A DNA stretch of 61,915 nt, filler included. It is 13 parts of 13 records of this genome, joined end to end, with 100 filler letters (N's around TTAATTAATTAA, not from the genome) between each part and the next. Parts side by side here need not be neighbours in the genome. Positions count along the whole stretch, not along the records: positions 9,754 to 13,572 come from SRR7504441_19115; positions 13,673 to 17,487 come from SRR7504441_19119; positions 17,588 to 22,530 come from SRR7504441_19125; positions 22,631 to 25,804 come from SRR7504441_19127; 9 more parts are not named here. The stretch is one strand, 5' to 3'. The notes beneath the pieces were generated by a model. The model was not told the origin of the DNA, searched no databases, and saw nothing but the letters and a program-made list of their open reading frames with translations. Position numbers and translations under genes: made by a program. Positions 10,759 through 23,955 of the stretch are shown in pieces (within the stretch, counting starts at the first letter, position 1; the number at the start of each line of letters is the position of its first letter).

Positions 10759-12455
10759 ATGGGCTGCAGGTCATCAGCTTGCACGGCAACAATCGTGCTG
10801 CTGGGCGGGGCTCTGGCGGCGTACCAGGGCGAGGCTTTGCGGCCATGGTATCATTTCACCCGGCAGCACGGCGAGATGAAGTGCCTGCCCGGCCCGGCCC
10901 CGCTGAGCCGGGTGGCAGCGACCCGAACGGGTTACAGTGGCGCCGGGTGAACGGATCGGTGCGGTACGAGATGTTCCACCAGCACAACAACGGCAGCACC
11001 GCCTGCTACGGCTCCGAGGGCAGCGGGGACGTCTGGGGGCATGCCTCCTCGCCGGACCTTGTCCGTTGGACCCGCTGGCCGCTCACCGACCGGATGACCT
11101 GCGCCTCCACCGGGGCAGGCATCACGCTCCCGCCCGATTTCCGGGGCCCGAACGGCGAGCGCTGGCTGAGCGCCAACTTGGGTTCGGCCCCGGCGATGAA
11201 GCCCAACCCGGACGAGACGGTGGGCCGGGGGCTCAAGCTTTGGACTTCCAATGACTCGCGGACACTCAACTACTATGATGAGTATCTGCCGCCCGGTACA
11301 GCCACAATAGACAACCAGACGCGCCAGAACAACGCGTGTGTGATCTGCCCGGCCAAGGTGCGCCAAGGCGCTTCCAATCCGCCGAGCTGGACGCGCGCGG
11401 CCGACATAGGCGATTCGTACATTTGGAGTGAGCCGACCTGGGACAAGCCTTCGAACAATCGAACCTTCTACGCCATGTCCGGCCAGGGCCGCTGCCCGGC
11501 CGGCGGGCCGCCCATGTGGTGCGGCTGGGCCAACGGGCGGGAGCCGCAAGTGCTGCTGTGGTCGTCCAAGAATCTTGTCGACTGGCGGTTTGTCTCTGAA
11601 TTCTACAACGGAACAGCTGACGATCGCACGGCGGTGATGACCCCCGAGACGTTTACGTTTGCAACGGGCGAGCAGGCGCTGATTTGGCTCGGGTCGCACA
11701 ACTCGCTCTACGTGACTGGCCTAGCTTCCCGCCGTGACGGCGAGATTTATGCATTTCGGGAGCGGCAGTTTAATGGAAATCCAAGTACCGGCTCTGTGGA
11801 CCTCGGCGGCGGCACCCACTGCGGCCAGTCCATGTGGGACGCGGCGGGGCGGCGGGTCCAGTTCATGTGGCTTGGGCTCAGTCTTCCGGGTGCGAGCTGG
11901 ACAGGGGCACAGACAATCGCCCGCGAGGTACTGCTGGCCCCGGTGAGCCCAAGCGCCACTGGCTTGTGGTTTCGGCCCATTCCGGAGATTGCCAGCCTGC
12001 ACACCTCCGTGGCGCCCGGCCTGGCGGAGCGGTACGTCATTGCCAATGATACTCGGCGGCTGTTCTCTCCTGAAGATGGGATGCACTGCCATATCAAGCT
12101 GGCAGTTACGCCGGGCGAGGCCGGAGTGCTCAACGTCACAGTGAGGGATGGCGTGCAGCCTGGGTCGACGGGCAGCCTCGCGATTTCTGTGGAGCAAGCT
12201 GGCGGCAACCGGACCGTGACATTTGGGCGGCAGTCCGTGACAGTGGCCCGGCCCGGTGAGCAAGTGGAGCTTGAAGTATTCGTGGACGGCCCGATCGTGG
12301 AGCTGTTTGTGAACGGCGGAGAGCGAGTTATGACCACGAATTCTGGCAACCCGAGTGTCATAGCAAGCGACAAGATTGGGGTGGAGGGCAGCCGGAACGT
12401 CGAGGTTGACCTGCAAGTGTGGGGAATGCAAGAAGCTATATCCGGGCCCAACTAG
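10759..12455 (+). CDS. secreted GH32-family glycoside hydrolase (divergent), 1 intron
   Basis: Hydrophobic leader (TIVLLGGALAA) and RPWYHF. Intron 10881-10918 restores MNDPNG. Also WGHASSPDLVRW, GRRVQFMW and the C-terminal beta-sandwich motif LEVFVDGPIVELFVNGGE. Confidence 0.88.
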
Positions 12456-12570
12456 ATCAACTCTAGTCGAGACCTCCTACATTGTTAGAACATCAAGTGC
12501 CTGTGCAATTGTGTGCATTGTTAAACTGACTTTCCTCCTGCCTCGAATTCCGTTACTCCTTGCCCTGGCA

Positions 12571-13572
12571 ATGCTGAGGAGCGGGGCGGGGAGGTGGTGC
12601 AGCACAGTGGTGCTGCACCCTCATCTCAAGGCCCAGCGGCGGGGCCGGCTGCCGCCCGAGGTCCAGCTGCAGGAGATCACCCAGCTTGCCAAGGCCGCAG
12701 GCTGGGCCCCGGACCAGTCGGCGGTAGTCTCGGTGCGCGACACCAGAGCCAAGTGGCTGCTGGGCAAGGGGGCCTGCGACACCGCTCTCGGGGTGATCAG
12801 GCAGGCGGCCAGTCCGGTGGCCCGCGTGGTGGTCAACGCGCCGCTCTCTGCACTGCAGACGCGCAACCTCGAGGAGTTTTGGGGGGTGCCGCGGTGCGGG
12901 GCGGCCGGGTGCCGGCTGACCAGGTGCAGGGTGATGGACCGCGTGGGGACAATCCTGGCCATCTTCGCGGCCCGGGCGCGCACGGCCGAGGCCCAGATGC
13001 AAGTTGAACTGGCCCAGCTGACTTATGATAGCGCCCGGCTTATCAAACCAGCAGGCAGCGCCCGGCACCAGAGCTGGGCTGAACCCGGGGGCAGGGGCAG
13101 CCGACCTGGAGCTGATGGATCTGGACCAGCAGCGGGGCGGGAGCGGGGCCATGGCCGGGGCGGGCGAGACCAGGCTGGAAGTGCAGCGACGGAAGATCCG
13201 AGCCAGGCAGGGTCAACTCCGCCGCAAGCTGAACCAGGTTCGCAAGCAGCGGAGCACGCGGCGGAGCAAGCAGCGAGCCGGGTTCCCGCTGGTGGCGATG
13301 GTCGGGTATACGAATGTAGGTAAGAGCTCGCTGTTCAATCGGCTCACGAGGGCGAGCAAGGCGGGAGTCGATGACGCGGTGTTCGCTACTTTGGATCCCA
13401 AGCTGCGCGACTGCTACCTGCCGCACAATGGCGCCCGCTGCCTGCTTACCGACACAGTCGGGTTTGTCTCCGACCTGCCTCACTTGCTGGTCCGTGCGTT
13501 CGGAGCTACTCTCGAGGAGGTAGCGCTCGCAGACTTGATTTTACACGTGAGAGACGCGTCGCTGCCGGCCGA
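12571..13572 (+). CDS. hflX: HflX/GTPBP6 GTPase, likely mitochondrial, 3'-partial
   Basis: Introns 12894-12929 and 13055-13094 (GC-AG). IFAARARTAEAQMQVELAQL, GAGETRLE, GYTNVGKSSL, FATLD, DTVGF; Arg-rich N-terminus. Confidence 0.92.
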
Positions 13573-14011
13573 NNNNNNNNNNNNNNNNNNNNNNNNNNNN
13601 NNNNNNNNNNNNNNNNTTAATTAATTAANNNNNNNNNNNNNNNNNNNNNNNNNNNNNNNNNNNNNNNNNNNNGTCTTCGACGAACTGAGTCTCGGCGTAG
13701 TCATATCAATGGCAGGTACCGCAGCACAGCATTGGATGGTACATCTGCCAGGTGGCGCAGAGTAGGCGCAGAGCAACAAGCACTGCGAGAGCATCAAAGA
13801 CGTCATCAAGCACACCCGACAAGCGAATGGATCCAACTGAAGACCGGCAGCTGGGTACTTACACAACTCGCCATGTACGCCCAGCCCAGCCTGGACAGAC
13901 TGGCGACACGTGTGTCCGTTTGTCTCTTATTGAAGAGTTGATTTTTTTTACTAACAGGAGTAACAGCGCCGACAACTGAGCAAGAAATAGACTTTAGTTA
14001 GACCAACCACA

Positions 14012-14098
14012 CTCACTTTTTCGAATCTTATAATTATACGTACATTTATTAAAAGGTCGGGAACTAGCCACATAACCTTTCTCACTTTTTCGAATCTT
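14012..14098. repeat. 18-bp direct repeat CTCACTTTTTCGAATCTT, two copies
   Basis: Identical copies at 14012-14029 and 14081-14098 in AT-rich intergenic DNA. Confidence 0.8.
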
Positions 14099-14207
14099 TT
14101 AATAAATTTATTAATCACTGAATCGATCGCGTGGTGTGAGTTTTTAATTCTTCTGCTTGGCTTGCAACACTTCAGTCGCCGCCTGCTTGACCTAGGCAAC
14201 CGCGACC

Positions 14208-16571
14208 TCAGACCCGCCATGCGTCGGGCGTTGCCTGCGCCTCTGCTCTTCCGAGCAACTCTTGCATCTCAAGCTGATGTTTCCTTTTGAGTTTCAACCC
14301 ATGCCGGCGCAGCTTCGCCAGCTTGGCCTCACCGTGACTTGCAATCTGCCCGCGCTCAGCCGCTATGCCAGCTTGCTCGCACCATCTCACGCCAACAGGC
14401 CCGCAGCTCTGCCCGCGCCACCACCTTCACAGCTAGCCGCGCAAATCCGCACAGTCGCTTGACCCGGCCCGCACTCCCTGAGTTTCTACGGAGCGCAGCC
14501 ACTGCAGCGGCCACGGCCGACTGGCCCAACTGAGCCGCTCGAGCCATTGCGCGGATCGCGGCGTCCTGGCAGCGCTTGACTGCCTTGGCTCGCGCGAGTG
14601 TGGCGCGCTCCAGCGCCAGAGCCCCTCCGGGGACTAGCTTTGCAGCCGCCCTGCACCGCCACTCCACGAGCCGCCCGCGCACCACTGCCTGCCACCGCCG
14701 CCGGAGAACCAGCCGGAGCACCACCCCGCAAGCCGCCATCCGAGCAGCCCGTGCCCGCCAGAGCAGCAGCGGGCAAGCACAGTCAGTCTTAGGCCGGTCC
14801 AGGAACGCCTGTAGCCGGCAGAGCGCCGCCGTGCGGTTATGGCTGAGCTGACCAATTGCAGTCTTGGCCCGCTCGTGGATCCTGAAGAGCTTGCACGCGA
14901 GTGCACACACCCAGCTGCCGCCCGGTCAGCCGCCGGCATGAGCGAGGGCAGGCACCGCTCCAACCCACTGGCCAGCATCGCTTGCTCACGCCCGTGCATC
15001 CAGCCGGCCGCCAGCAGCCCGGCCACCCGCCGACCGGCGCGCGCCAGCCGTGCGCGGTACACCCATACCCTCACAAGCACGGCCGCAACCGGCGCCGGCT
15101 GGGCCAGCGCTGCGCGCATCTGGACGCTTGCAGCATGGATGTGCGCAGCTTGGGCGGTTGAGCCGCGCCGCCAAGAGTTGAGGCACGCTGCTGTGCTCGG
15201 CCGATCCAACCAACGCCCTAGCATCCCCACCGCCGCCCCGACCCGCACCTTGCGCACCGCGCTGCGCCGCTGCTGGGTGGCCAGTGAGAGCACGGCCGCA
15301 TTGGCTTTCGAGGCGCCAGAGCTGCGTGAGGCCTCAATCCGCCAATTGGCTATTGCCCGGGACGACTGGTGACCGAGCAACCCTCGGAGTCCAGAAGTCA
15401 TCCGCCGACGGGCATGCGCCGCGCGGGCCGCGGCTGCCCGCCACCGGAGCGATGCAATCCGCAGCACACTGGCTCCCCAGCTCAGGGCGACACAGCGGAC
15501 TGCTGCACGGCGCAGCCCGGCAATGGCATTCGACCGGGCTGCTTGCGACCAGCAGTCGATTGCCTGGGCGAGCGCCGCGGCCAGGAACCGGCGGGCCGAT
15601 CGCTTGATGAGCGTCGCGGCCCTGTGCCGTGCGCTGTCCACCTGCCACGTGTGCTTCCAGCTTGTGTGAGCCTGCAACAGCTCTGCCGAACTCATTCGAG
15701 CAAAGACTTGCCGCATTTTGAATTGAGCGGCCAGCTGGTCAGTCCAGTTATCGTGCCACCCGGCTAGCATTCGGGCCAGCCCGGCGTGAAGGAGTTGACC
15801 CACCACCCGCCGCAGCCGCGCGCGGCCATGGCGTGAGCCACGCAGCTGTGCTCGCAGCATCAGCCCAGCTCGCGCCGACCGTTCATACCGGCAGCGCCAG
15901 CAGAGTACCGCCTGCCGTCGAGCTGCCCTCCCGAGCGCCAGCATGGCCAGGGCAGCCAGCACACGTCCTGCGCGGGTTGACCGTCGCCTGCCTGTCTCGG
16001 CGGCCCAGAGAAGCAGCATGGTGCGCACCGCATTCCTATTCGCCAGAGGAATCAGTATCGCGCCGGCCAGTCCGCGGGCGCGAAGTCCAGCCTGCAACCA
16101 GGCGGCCTGACCCTCCAGACGAGACAGCTGCTCCTCCCGACGGGCACCTCGCTCACACTCGCGGGCCTTGTCTTCCTTCGCCTCCCCCGCCGCTGCCTCG
16201 CGCCCCCGCCGCACAAGATTCTCGACTGTGCTCCTCCGGGCCTGCGCCACCACCCCCGCCCGCTGCTCGGTCGCCCGCTTCGCCTCAGCAGCCAGCCCCT
16301 CCAGTGCCGCCACGTCGGCCGCCGCGTTTCTGGCCGCCGTCTTGGCCGCCTCGCGTCGCCGAGACAAGACGGCCTGCTGCTCTCGCTCCCGGACCACCTG
16401 CTGGGCCGCCTCCTCGCGGGCCTCCTCGGCGGCAGCCTGGCTGATCGCATGCTTCAGCCCGGCATTCGAGGCCCGCCGGCCGGACTTGCGGAGCGCCTGT
16501 CCCCGGCCGGGTGAGAGAGGGGGCAAGGGGCGAAGCGCGCCTCTTTCTTGGCGCCCACGCGGGCCAGCCAC
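14208..16571 (-). CDS. Arg/Ala-rich helical protein with Trp-spaced repeats (Sfi1-like?)
   Basis: Long ORF 14634-16571 plus downstream pieces. Repeated AxxxW motifs (LLQAHTSWK, AQAIDCWS, ACLNSWRR); exon structure not resolved. Confidence 0.4.
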
Positions 16572-16911
16572 TCATGGTGCGCCGGGCTCTTGCTGTTGGG
16601 ATCCCGGGCCTCGATGGTTACCGCTGCGACAGGCCACCCTTCTCCATGCAAGGAGCTGGAGTCCACTTGAATATTTTTTGCGATCACCGCAGCCAGCCAG
16701 GGTTCACATGACATGGCTACTCGTACTTTCATGCTCTTTGGGCTCTACAATGCTACAATGTGTATGAGTACATGCTAAGACTAGTGCTGTAGTTCAGTTG
16801 GGAGTCATGTGTTGAAATCAATATAAATTATCTGTTATGTTCACGGACTAGCCGCATGACTAATTAACGCCTTCGCAAAAACGCGAGACCACGGAGCTCG
16901 ATCGGAGCCGA

Positions 16912-17487
16912 TCAGCGGCCGACCGCCTGTGCTTGCATGTTGGAGTGCAGAATTGACTGCGCAAAGTCTTGCTGGGCACTCCCGACAGCCGACGGGGCCG
17001 TGGGCACAAAGATGGTAGAGGTCTTACCGGATGAGCTGCCAGGCGCTCAGCCGGCAGCCGGTGCGGGTGGGCACCCGATCTCCTTGAGCGTGTCGAAGTA
17101 CTGAGTCATCAGCACGATGTTCATCACCTCTTGGCTGCTGGTGCCCTCAATGCTCTCCCCAAACTCCTTGACTGCACCCCCGATCAGACAGGCCACCCAG
17201 ACCCGCCTTCACCGGCATCGCGCAGACCATCCACAATGTTCTTCCTCTGCCGCGCAATACCGTTACCAGCCAGAGCCGAAGCATCGGCCGACGCCTCGGC
17301 AGCCTTCACCACCCTGCGCCTCCCATCAGCCCGTAGCACGCCGCGGGATCCTCACCGAATCTTCTCAGCCTCAGCCTCGTCGCCGGCGGCTTGCCTAAGT
17401 CGGACCGCCGCGTTCTTCCGGTTCATGGCATCCTTGACTTGCCTCTCCGGCTCGACTTCCGTCACCAGCGATGATACGATCTTGTAC
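16912..17487 (-). CDS. SPFH/band-7 protein, hypersensitive-induced-response (HIR) type, 5'-partial
   Basis: Spliced translation gives [37 protein letters not shown] and [32 protein letters not shown] at 16912-16914. Confidence 0.88.
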
Positions 17488-17587
17488 NNNNNNNNNNNNN
17501 NNNNNNNNNNNNNNNNNNNNNNNNNNNNNNNTTAATTAATTAANNNNNNNNNNNNNNNNNNNNNNNNNNNNNNNNNNNNNNNNNNNN

Positions 17588-18697
17588 TCAGCCCAGCCGT
17601 CAGCCGCGGCTCGCCTGATGAGGCCATGATACACAGGGTCCAGACAATCGTCAGCTTGCGAACGCTCAGGTTTTGAGTGAGAATAGGCAGGTTACTACAG
17701 GGCACAGCGTCGATCGGGCGCCATTCCCGTACTGCCCCACCAATCACGCCAGGCCCACAATCACACTCTACCTGTGTTTAGCGTTTCAGGCAGCGCAAAC
17801 AGCGCGAACACCGCCGAACCGAATTCGAAACCAGCTGCAACTGCGAACGGAAGAGTGTGTGAGACCGAGCCGAGCCCGGCCCCGAGTAACGCGCCGACTA
17901 TGGCCCCGGCGGCTCCAGCGATGGAGATAACTAAGAATTGGCCGGAGATCTGGGTGCCTGCGCCCAGCTGGGTCTGGCGCTCAGTGGCGGGGCACCCTCG
18001 GACTTGGGCGAGGAGTCCACCACCATCGCTGAGATAACGCTCCCTGCGCACTTTGTGAAGCCTCGCACCACCGCTGTGATCGCGAAAGTGGCCTGTAACG
18101 GCTATTATACCACTGTGCCCGGACGACCTGAGTGAGTGTGATGGCCAGCATGAGCAGGCAGCCGCCGGACAGAATCGTCAGTCCCACCAAGAACCTGACC
18201 TCCGGCTCGGCCTGTAACCCCGGCGCTGAAAGTCGCCTGATCCGGCCGTAAAAGTCGCTCAACGAGCCGACGATCGGGCTGAACCCAAACTCGATCGCCT
18301 GTGCTATTTATAGCGCATTCGGTGCTATTTTTGGCCACCCCAGAGACGCAGAACAGTATGGCGAGGAATACCGAGGCCCGCCGGGTAGAGCCGTCGAATA
18401 AGTGGTCTGTTACCTACCTCCGGGCTCGGGCCGTCCGGGGTGCCCGCCACACCGCAGGGACCACCGACGGGACGACGACCATGAACCCCAACACGCGCAC
18501 GGTTTGGAAGGCGCACAGCAGCCACTGGGCTCGGCTCACCTGCCCAGGCGGCTCGGTGCAGCGGGTGGGTAGATTGCCTGGGAGAGGGTCTGGCTGGCCG
18601 GGATCGGGCCAGGCGGTGGGTCGCCGAGCAGCGGGGCCGACTCGTGCCCGGGCTCGGCGCTCGAAGGGTTGGTCTCCGGCTCTTCGTCGGGCAGCAT
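17588..18697 (-). CDS. MFS transporter (TetA/MFSD14-like), 3'-partial, at least 6 introns
   Basis: Spliced TM helices; motif A FSPIVGSLSDFYGRIR; FALPETL at the end of the N-terminal half. Confidence 0.8.
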
Positions 18698-18810
18698 TCG
18701 ACCAACCCCCGTGTGAGTTATAACGGACTTAGAACGGACCATCTCGCCAATTGGTGGTGAGTGGACCATAAGCCGAACGCGCGGCTCAGCGGCTGCCGGA
18801 CGCGGAGAGG

Positions 18811-21800
18811 ATGTCCGAAAGCGAGGAGGACGAGGACGATATCTGCCTCACTGAGCAGATGATGCGGATGATGATGTCCGGCCCGCCCGATGTCGGAAAG
18901 CTCAAGGAGGTGATGCGGGATATCCTCCCGCCGATGCTGCCAAGCCGCGGGCCATTCGAGGAGCCCGCAGACCCGGCGCTCGAGTGCTACGTCAGGCAAG
19001 GCCCCGGGTTGGTGACCGGGCCCTTCCGTTTCGCCGAGATGATCCAGCGGATCCACAGCGACCACGACCAGACTGTAGGCGGCTCCGAGCTGTGCGCGAC
19101 AACAGAGATCCAGGTACCGGAGTGGACCGGCCAAGCGTTCACCCAGCTGGGCCGGCTCTGGGCCAATCCGAGCACCGCCTTCAAGTTGGCCCCGGCGCTG
19201 GTGCCGCTGCTCCAGACGATGAAGCAGAGGCCCGAACCACCCGCGCGTCGGGAGGACACGAAAGAGCTAGAGCAGCTAGTCAAGTCCAACGCGCTTCAGG
19301 CTCGCAAGATAGCCCAGCTGGAGGCCCAGGTGCGAGAGCTGCAGCGAGGTCAGACCGAGGCCAAGGCCGAACTAGGGGTGCGCCGTGCGGCCGGGGTGGC
19401 TGCTGAGTTGCGGGTGCAGACTTGCTCCGGATGCGCTCGCACTTTCCCGCTGCACGAGCTCAAGCGGTGCTCCCGGTGCAAAGTTGCCTGCTACTGCTCG
19501 ACCACGTGCCAGAAACAGGCGCACGAGCACCACAGGAAAGTGTGCAGGCTACTTGTCAGCGGGAACACTGAGCAGGCGAGCTCAGGTCTAGCAAAGGAGC
19601 TTCTGGCGCTTAGCCGGAATCATAGGCGGACTGTGCACCAGCACAGGCAGGACAGGCAGGCGCTCAATGGCTTGATCGCCAAGGCCCGGCAGTCGGATGC
19701 CGCCGAGGCTGAGCAGCAGCTAGTCGAGGTGAGGCCAGCAGGTGAGCCAGTGGTGCTGAATGTAGGCGGCGAGCTCTTCCACACCACCGTTGAGACGCTC
19801 ACCAAAGACCCGAACAGCATGTTCGTTGCGATGCTCAGCGGCAACTTTGCGCACCGCTGCGACGAGGATGGCAACATGTTTATCGACCGCGATCCTGCGA
19901 CTTTCAGAGTTCTGCTAAATTACCTCAGAAGCGGCACCGTGCCTGTCCAAGAAGCAGCTCGGATTGAGCTGTTTTACGAAGCAGACTACTTCCTTTTGGA
20001 GGATCTTCAGAGGCTGCTGCAGCAGGAAGCTGGTCAAGCGCGGCTGTTAGATCTGCCAAAGATTGTGACAGAAGAGCGCAGGGCTGAGGGGTCCGCCAGG
20101 CAGCTGTTTGCGCAGGATCGTGCGCATCCGGACCTGCAGGAGCTGCACCTGCTGCTTGTGGACGTGTTCGAGGTGATCGAGCAGAAGCCGTCGACTAATC
20201 CTTTCGTGATGGACGAGGATTCGGAACAGGCCAGCCTGCCAGTTATGTTTGAGGCCTACCGAAAGCAGGCATTCGAGCATGGCAGGCTGTCGGTCTGTCC
20301 ATCCATGTCTGCCTTCGGGCGGCAATTTGAGTTTTTCACTGCGGGTACATTTACCAATGGGTTCAATTGGCAGAATGTGGTAGTCGCGGGCGGCTCTGTG
20401 CTAGGGGCCTTACTGCCACTCCCTGATGAGTATGACTCCCATGAGGGCCGGCTTCAGTACTATCATGGTGCGCGTGACTGGCCCTTCCACGTCCATGACG
20501 CCTGTGTAGGAATCGAGGAGTGGGAGCAGGACGATCCTGAAGCTAATGATTGGGATTTTAATTACGTGACTCGACATATGACAGCGTGGCTGACACTGTC
20601 ATGGCAGGTCAGCTACTGGAACCGAGCTGGAACCAAGGTAGGGGACAAGACCTGCGGCGAAACCAGTACTTTTAAAGGTCAACTGGTATGCCGACTAGCA
20701 ATTGAAATTGGGTGGCAGGTTCGGACATTGACTTGTTTTTGTATGGTCTGGACGCCTCGGAGGCAATAGCTAAAATAGACGAGATAGCGCAGGCACTAAT
20801 GCCACATCTGCTGGGTATCGTCAGAACAGCAGCTGCGATCACGTGGCCCCTCACCTGGTGGGCAGCTAACAGTATCTGGTAGGTTCGTGCGGTCGTTTCC
20901 TCTGCGGCATGTGCAAATCGTCCTCCGGCTTTACAAGAGCCCCGCCGAGATTCTGATGGGGTTTGATATAGACTGCTGTGCGGTATGCTACGATGGTAAT
21001 CCAACCACAAAGCTCGCTGCCTGAAGGCTTGCCAGGGTCGAGGGTGTGGGCGCTTCCAAGAGCCGTTGCAGCGCTTAGCTCCAGGCTGAACGTGACAGAT
21101 GGAACTCGTCAATCACCAACGTATGAATCGCGCCTGACCAAGTATGCAAAGCGTGGATTCGGGGTTGCAGTCCCGGTGTCACCCAGGCCCGGCGCTAGGC
21201 CTAACATCCGATCAGGGGCTCAGAAGACAAGAGATCGACCCACGAATTTATGCGATGCCATTCTCCGAGACCCAAGGCCTCGCTCGACTGCTTTTGCTAG
21301 AACACAATGCGATTAGAAAAGGCATGCATGAACGAGCTCACCACGGGTTTTTTACTGGGAGAGGTTGACACTAGCAAAGTCCTCAGTTTTCTAACGTTTT
21401 TTTACAGGTGTGGTAGACGGCTGTGGTACGACGATTCGCAACCGACAGGCTGGCGATCCGACCGGCGACTACAGCGCTGTGCTGATTCCCTATCGGCCGT
21501 GCGATTACTACGATCCAATCGACGAACTCAAGGAAAAGATTCGGAGGGAACATTCGACTACAAAGCCAGCAGCGTTCTTTGTCTGCACGCGGCCAGCTTT
21601 GTTGGAGCAGCTGCATGACATTGAAGGGCATTGCAAAGTGGCTTCCCACGGCACCCGGAAGAACCCAGAAACAAACCAGTATGAGACGTACACCTTCGAC
21701 CATCACTATGCAGTCACGATTTCTCGGTTCATCACGTTCTTGGAGGATGATCCGGGAAGACAGCAAATAGGCTCGTTTCATCCTCTGGCAGGCGATTGGG

Positions 21801-21841
21801 AGAGGACAGCTTATAGGCAGGAGATCCTCACAAGCAAATAG
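18811..21841 (+). CDS. MYND zinc finger + BTB/POZ + nucleotidyltransferase-like domain protein, 6 introns, 927 aa
   Basis: CSGC..CSRCKVACYCSTTCQKQAHEHHRKVC (MYND); VVLNVGG..FIDRDP..F..LLNYLR (KCTD-type BTB). Introns 20566-20607, 20678-20718, 20843-20882, 20996-21035, 21176-21215 and 21364-21407 give NVVVAGGSVL, SDIDLFLYG, QIVLRLYKSPAEILMGFDIDCC, YESRLTKYAKRGF and FLEDDPGRQQIGSFHP. Confidence 0.85.
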
Positions 21842-22893
21842 GACGGCGCCTGCACGTTGCCAATTACATTGTAAACCAATTATAATGCTGCAGCAACTAG
21901 CAACAACCTCGCGCGATTTACGCGCGATTGGCTGGTACTTTAAGCCTTGTCGTCTACGTGTACTTGTCATATACTTGTCATTATACTCGATGAACTTGAC
22001 CTGCCGTCTGCTAATTGCCGTAATTGCCGGATTTATCGCGTATAAAACGCAGGATTCATGCATGTCATTAATTTTAATGTCAACTGATTGTCTCTCAGAC
22101 AATGGTCTAATAGTAGTCTAGATAATTATCTAGTAGGGTAATTTATCATTAAAATGATTTACAACAGTTACAACATGTACTCCTTTTGCCCCTTTCTCGC
22201 ATTTGTAGTACTATCATAGTGTTAGTACGTGCTTTAATTAATTACTAAAGCTCGGTAACTGACTACATGTAACTAACTACTAACCCAAGCGGTGTGATGG
22301 TCTTTGCCAACTCGACATCCCCCCTCACCAAGATGCAGCATACCATCTAATCGGTAAATCTGTTTTTTTGTGTTGTTTAGGCGTTGCCCTAAACTCCGAC
22401 TCGTTGTTCAGGCGGGATCATCATTCTCCATCTTGATAATGTTCTTCTATGCAGGTATCTCGGTAGCCCCCTCAGCAAGAGCCCTCAGCAATGCAGCCAG
22501 CCAAGACGCCTAGAATGAGATCCTTGTACTNNNNNNNNNNNNNNNNNNNNNNNNNNNNNNNNNNNNNNNNNNNNTTAATTAATTAANNNNNNNNNNNNNN
22601 NNNNNNNNNNNNNNNNNNNNNNNNNNNNNNCTGTACTGCCTGAATCCTGGTGGCCGCTGCTGCCTGCTCCTTGGCAGCCTGCACAATGGCAGCCTGCTTT
22701 TGCAGTGCCATGGCCTCGGCTGCGGCTTGCCTCGTCAGCATATCGTCGAGCTCATCCGGATCCAGCTGGGGTATCACCCCGATCCCCTCCTCCTGCGCCT
22801 CGGCGCACCCCATCGCCTCCCACTGCACGCCGTCCCACTGCCAGGAGCTCGCTTTTTTGTCGGTTGGACACCGACAGGTGTCCGGGACGGCGG

Positions 22894-23621
22894 CATGGCC
22901 TCGTATCCGATCGCAGGCAACTACCAGGCCAATGTGGGTCGCTGCATCGCATCAGCCCAGAACCTCAGGCAGAGCGCGCCATCCCGGGAGGGCCTGCGGG
23001 ACCGGGACGCTCGGCTCGCACAGATCGTAGAGCGCTCGGCCCCTGCGTACAGCGTGCTCGACCCGGAAGTGAAGCGGCCGCCAGCTGACGCCGAGTCGGA
23101 GCTCCAGTACTTTAAGGAGGAGATGGAGCGATATGCCAGTGAGATAAAGAAGCTGACCGAGGAGCTGGCCTGCAAGGACCTTCAGCTGGCCGAGGCCAAC
23201 GACGAAATCAGCAGGCTCAAGCTGAGCGCGTCGCTGGCTCCGGGCCCAGCTCCTGCACCAGCGCAGATTGTTGCCCACCGCTACCACAAGAAGGCACTGG
23301 CGGACGCAGGTGAGGCAGGCCTGGTGCTGGGCTCACCCGGGCGTGTGTGCAGCCGCAGCGCGGGGTGGACACATCCAGATCCATGCCCGCACCACCCGGG
23401 AGCCACACAGCCATGCCGATCCGGCAGTTGATCGGCTGGACCAGCTGGCCAATGATACGAGCGAGGACCCAAAGCCGATCCGCGCCGAGGTTGGCCATCA
23501 CCGGTGCTGGGGGGACAACTATAACCCGACTTGTCGACCACAGAGCACGGTGAGGCAAACCGCATGGCAGGCATCCCGTGCCAGGACTGGGGCCCCGTAT
23601 CGTCGGTTCGTGGGTTGGTAG
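22894..23621 (+). CDS. hypothetical coiled-coil protein, 1 intron
   Basis: MASYPIAG... with heptads ELQYFKEEMERYASEIKKLTEEL; a GT-AG intron near 23310-23352 joins it to the ORF ending at 23621. Confidence 0.45.
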
Positions 23622-23955
23622 GCTTCTTACTTACAATAACACACATGCCTACAAGAGAGGCTGCAATCGATTGTAGAGACGAGTAAATATGTGCGAATAC
23701 GAGTATGATGTACGTACTCGTACAAGTTTATGATTGACCAGTAATCCGGTATACAACAAATCATGCGCATGTTACTTACAATACGATTGTACATCATTGC
23801 CTAGTACCTAATGCCTACTGACTGATCAATCGACTGACAATCGACCGATGTGTGATGACGCACTTTATGTAGTAACGTACCTATGTATGCAGTAATGTTA
23901 GTGCATGCCCAAATTCCATGGAATTTATTTGACACCGCCACACTGCATGCGCATG

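Noticed and set aside
14012-14098. CRISPR-like repeat-spacer unit
   Set aside because: Only two 18-bp copies, no cas genes, and a eukaryotic context.
21842-22530. Gene or ncRNA in long AT-rich stretches (also 29216-29679, 53068-53591, 53692-54240)
   Set aside because: Only short ORFs with atypical composition; I could not identify any tRNA, rRNA or snRNA signature.
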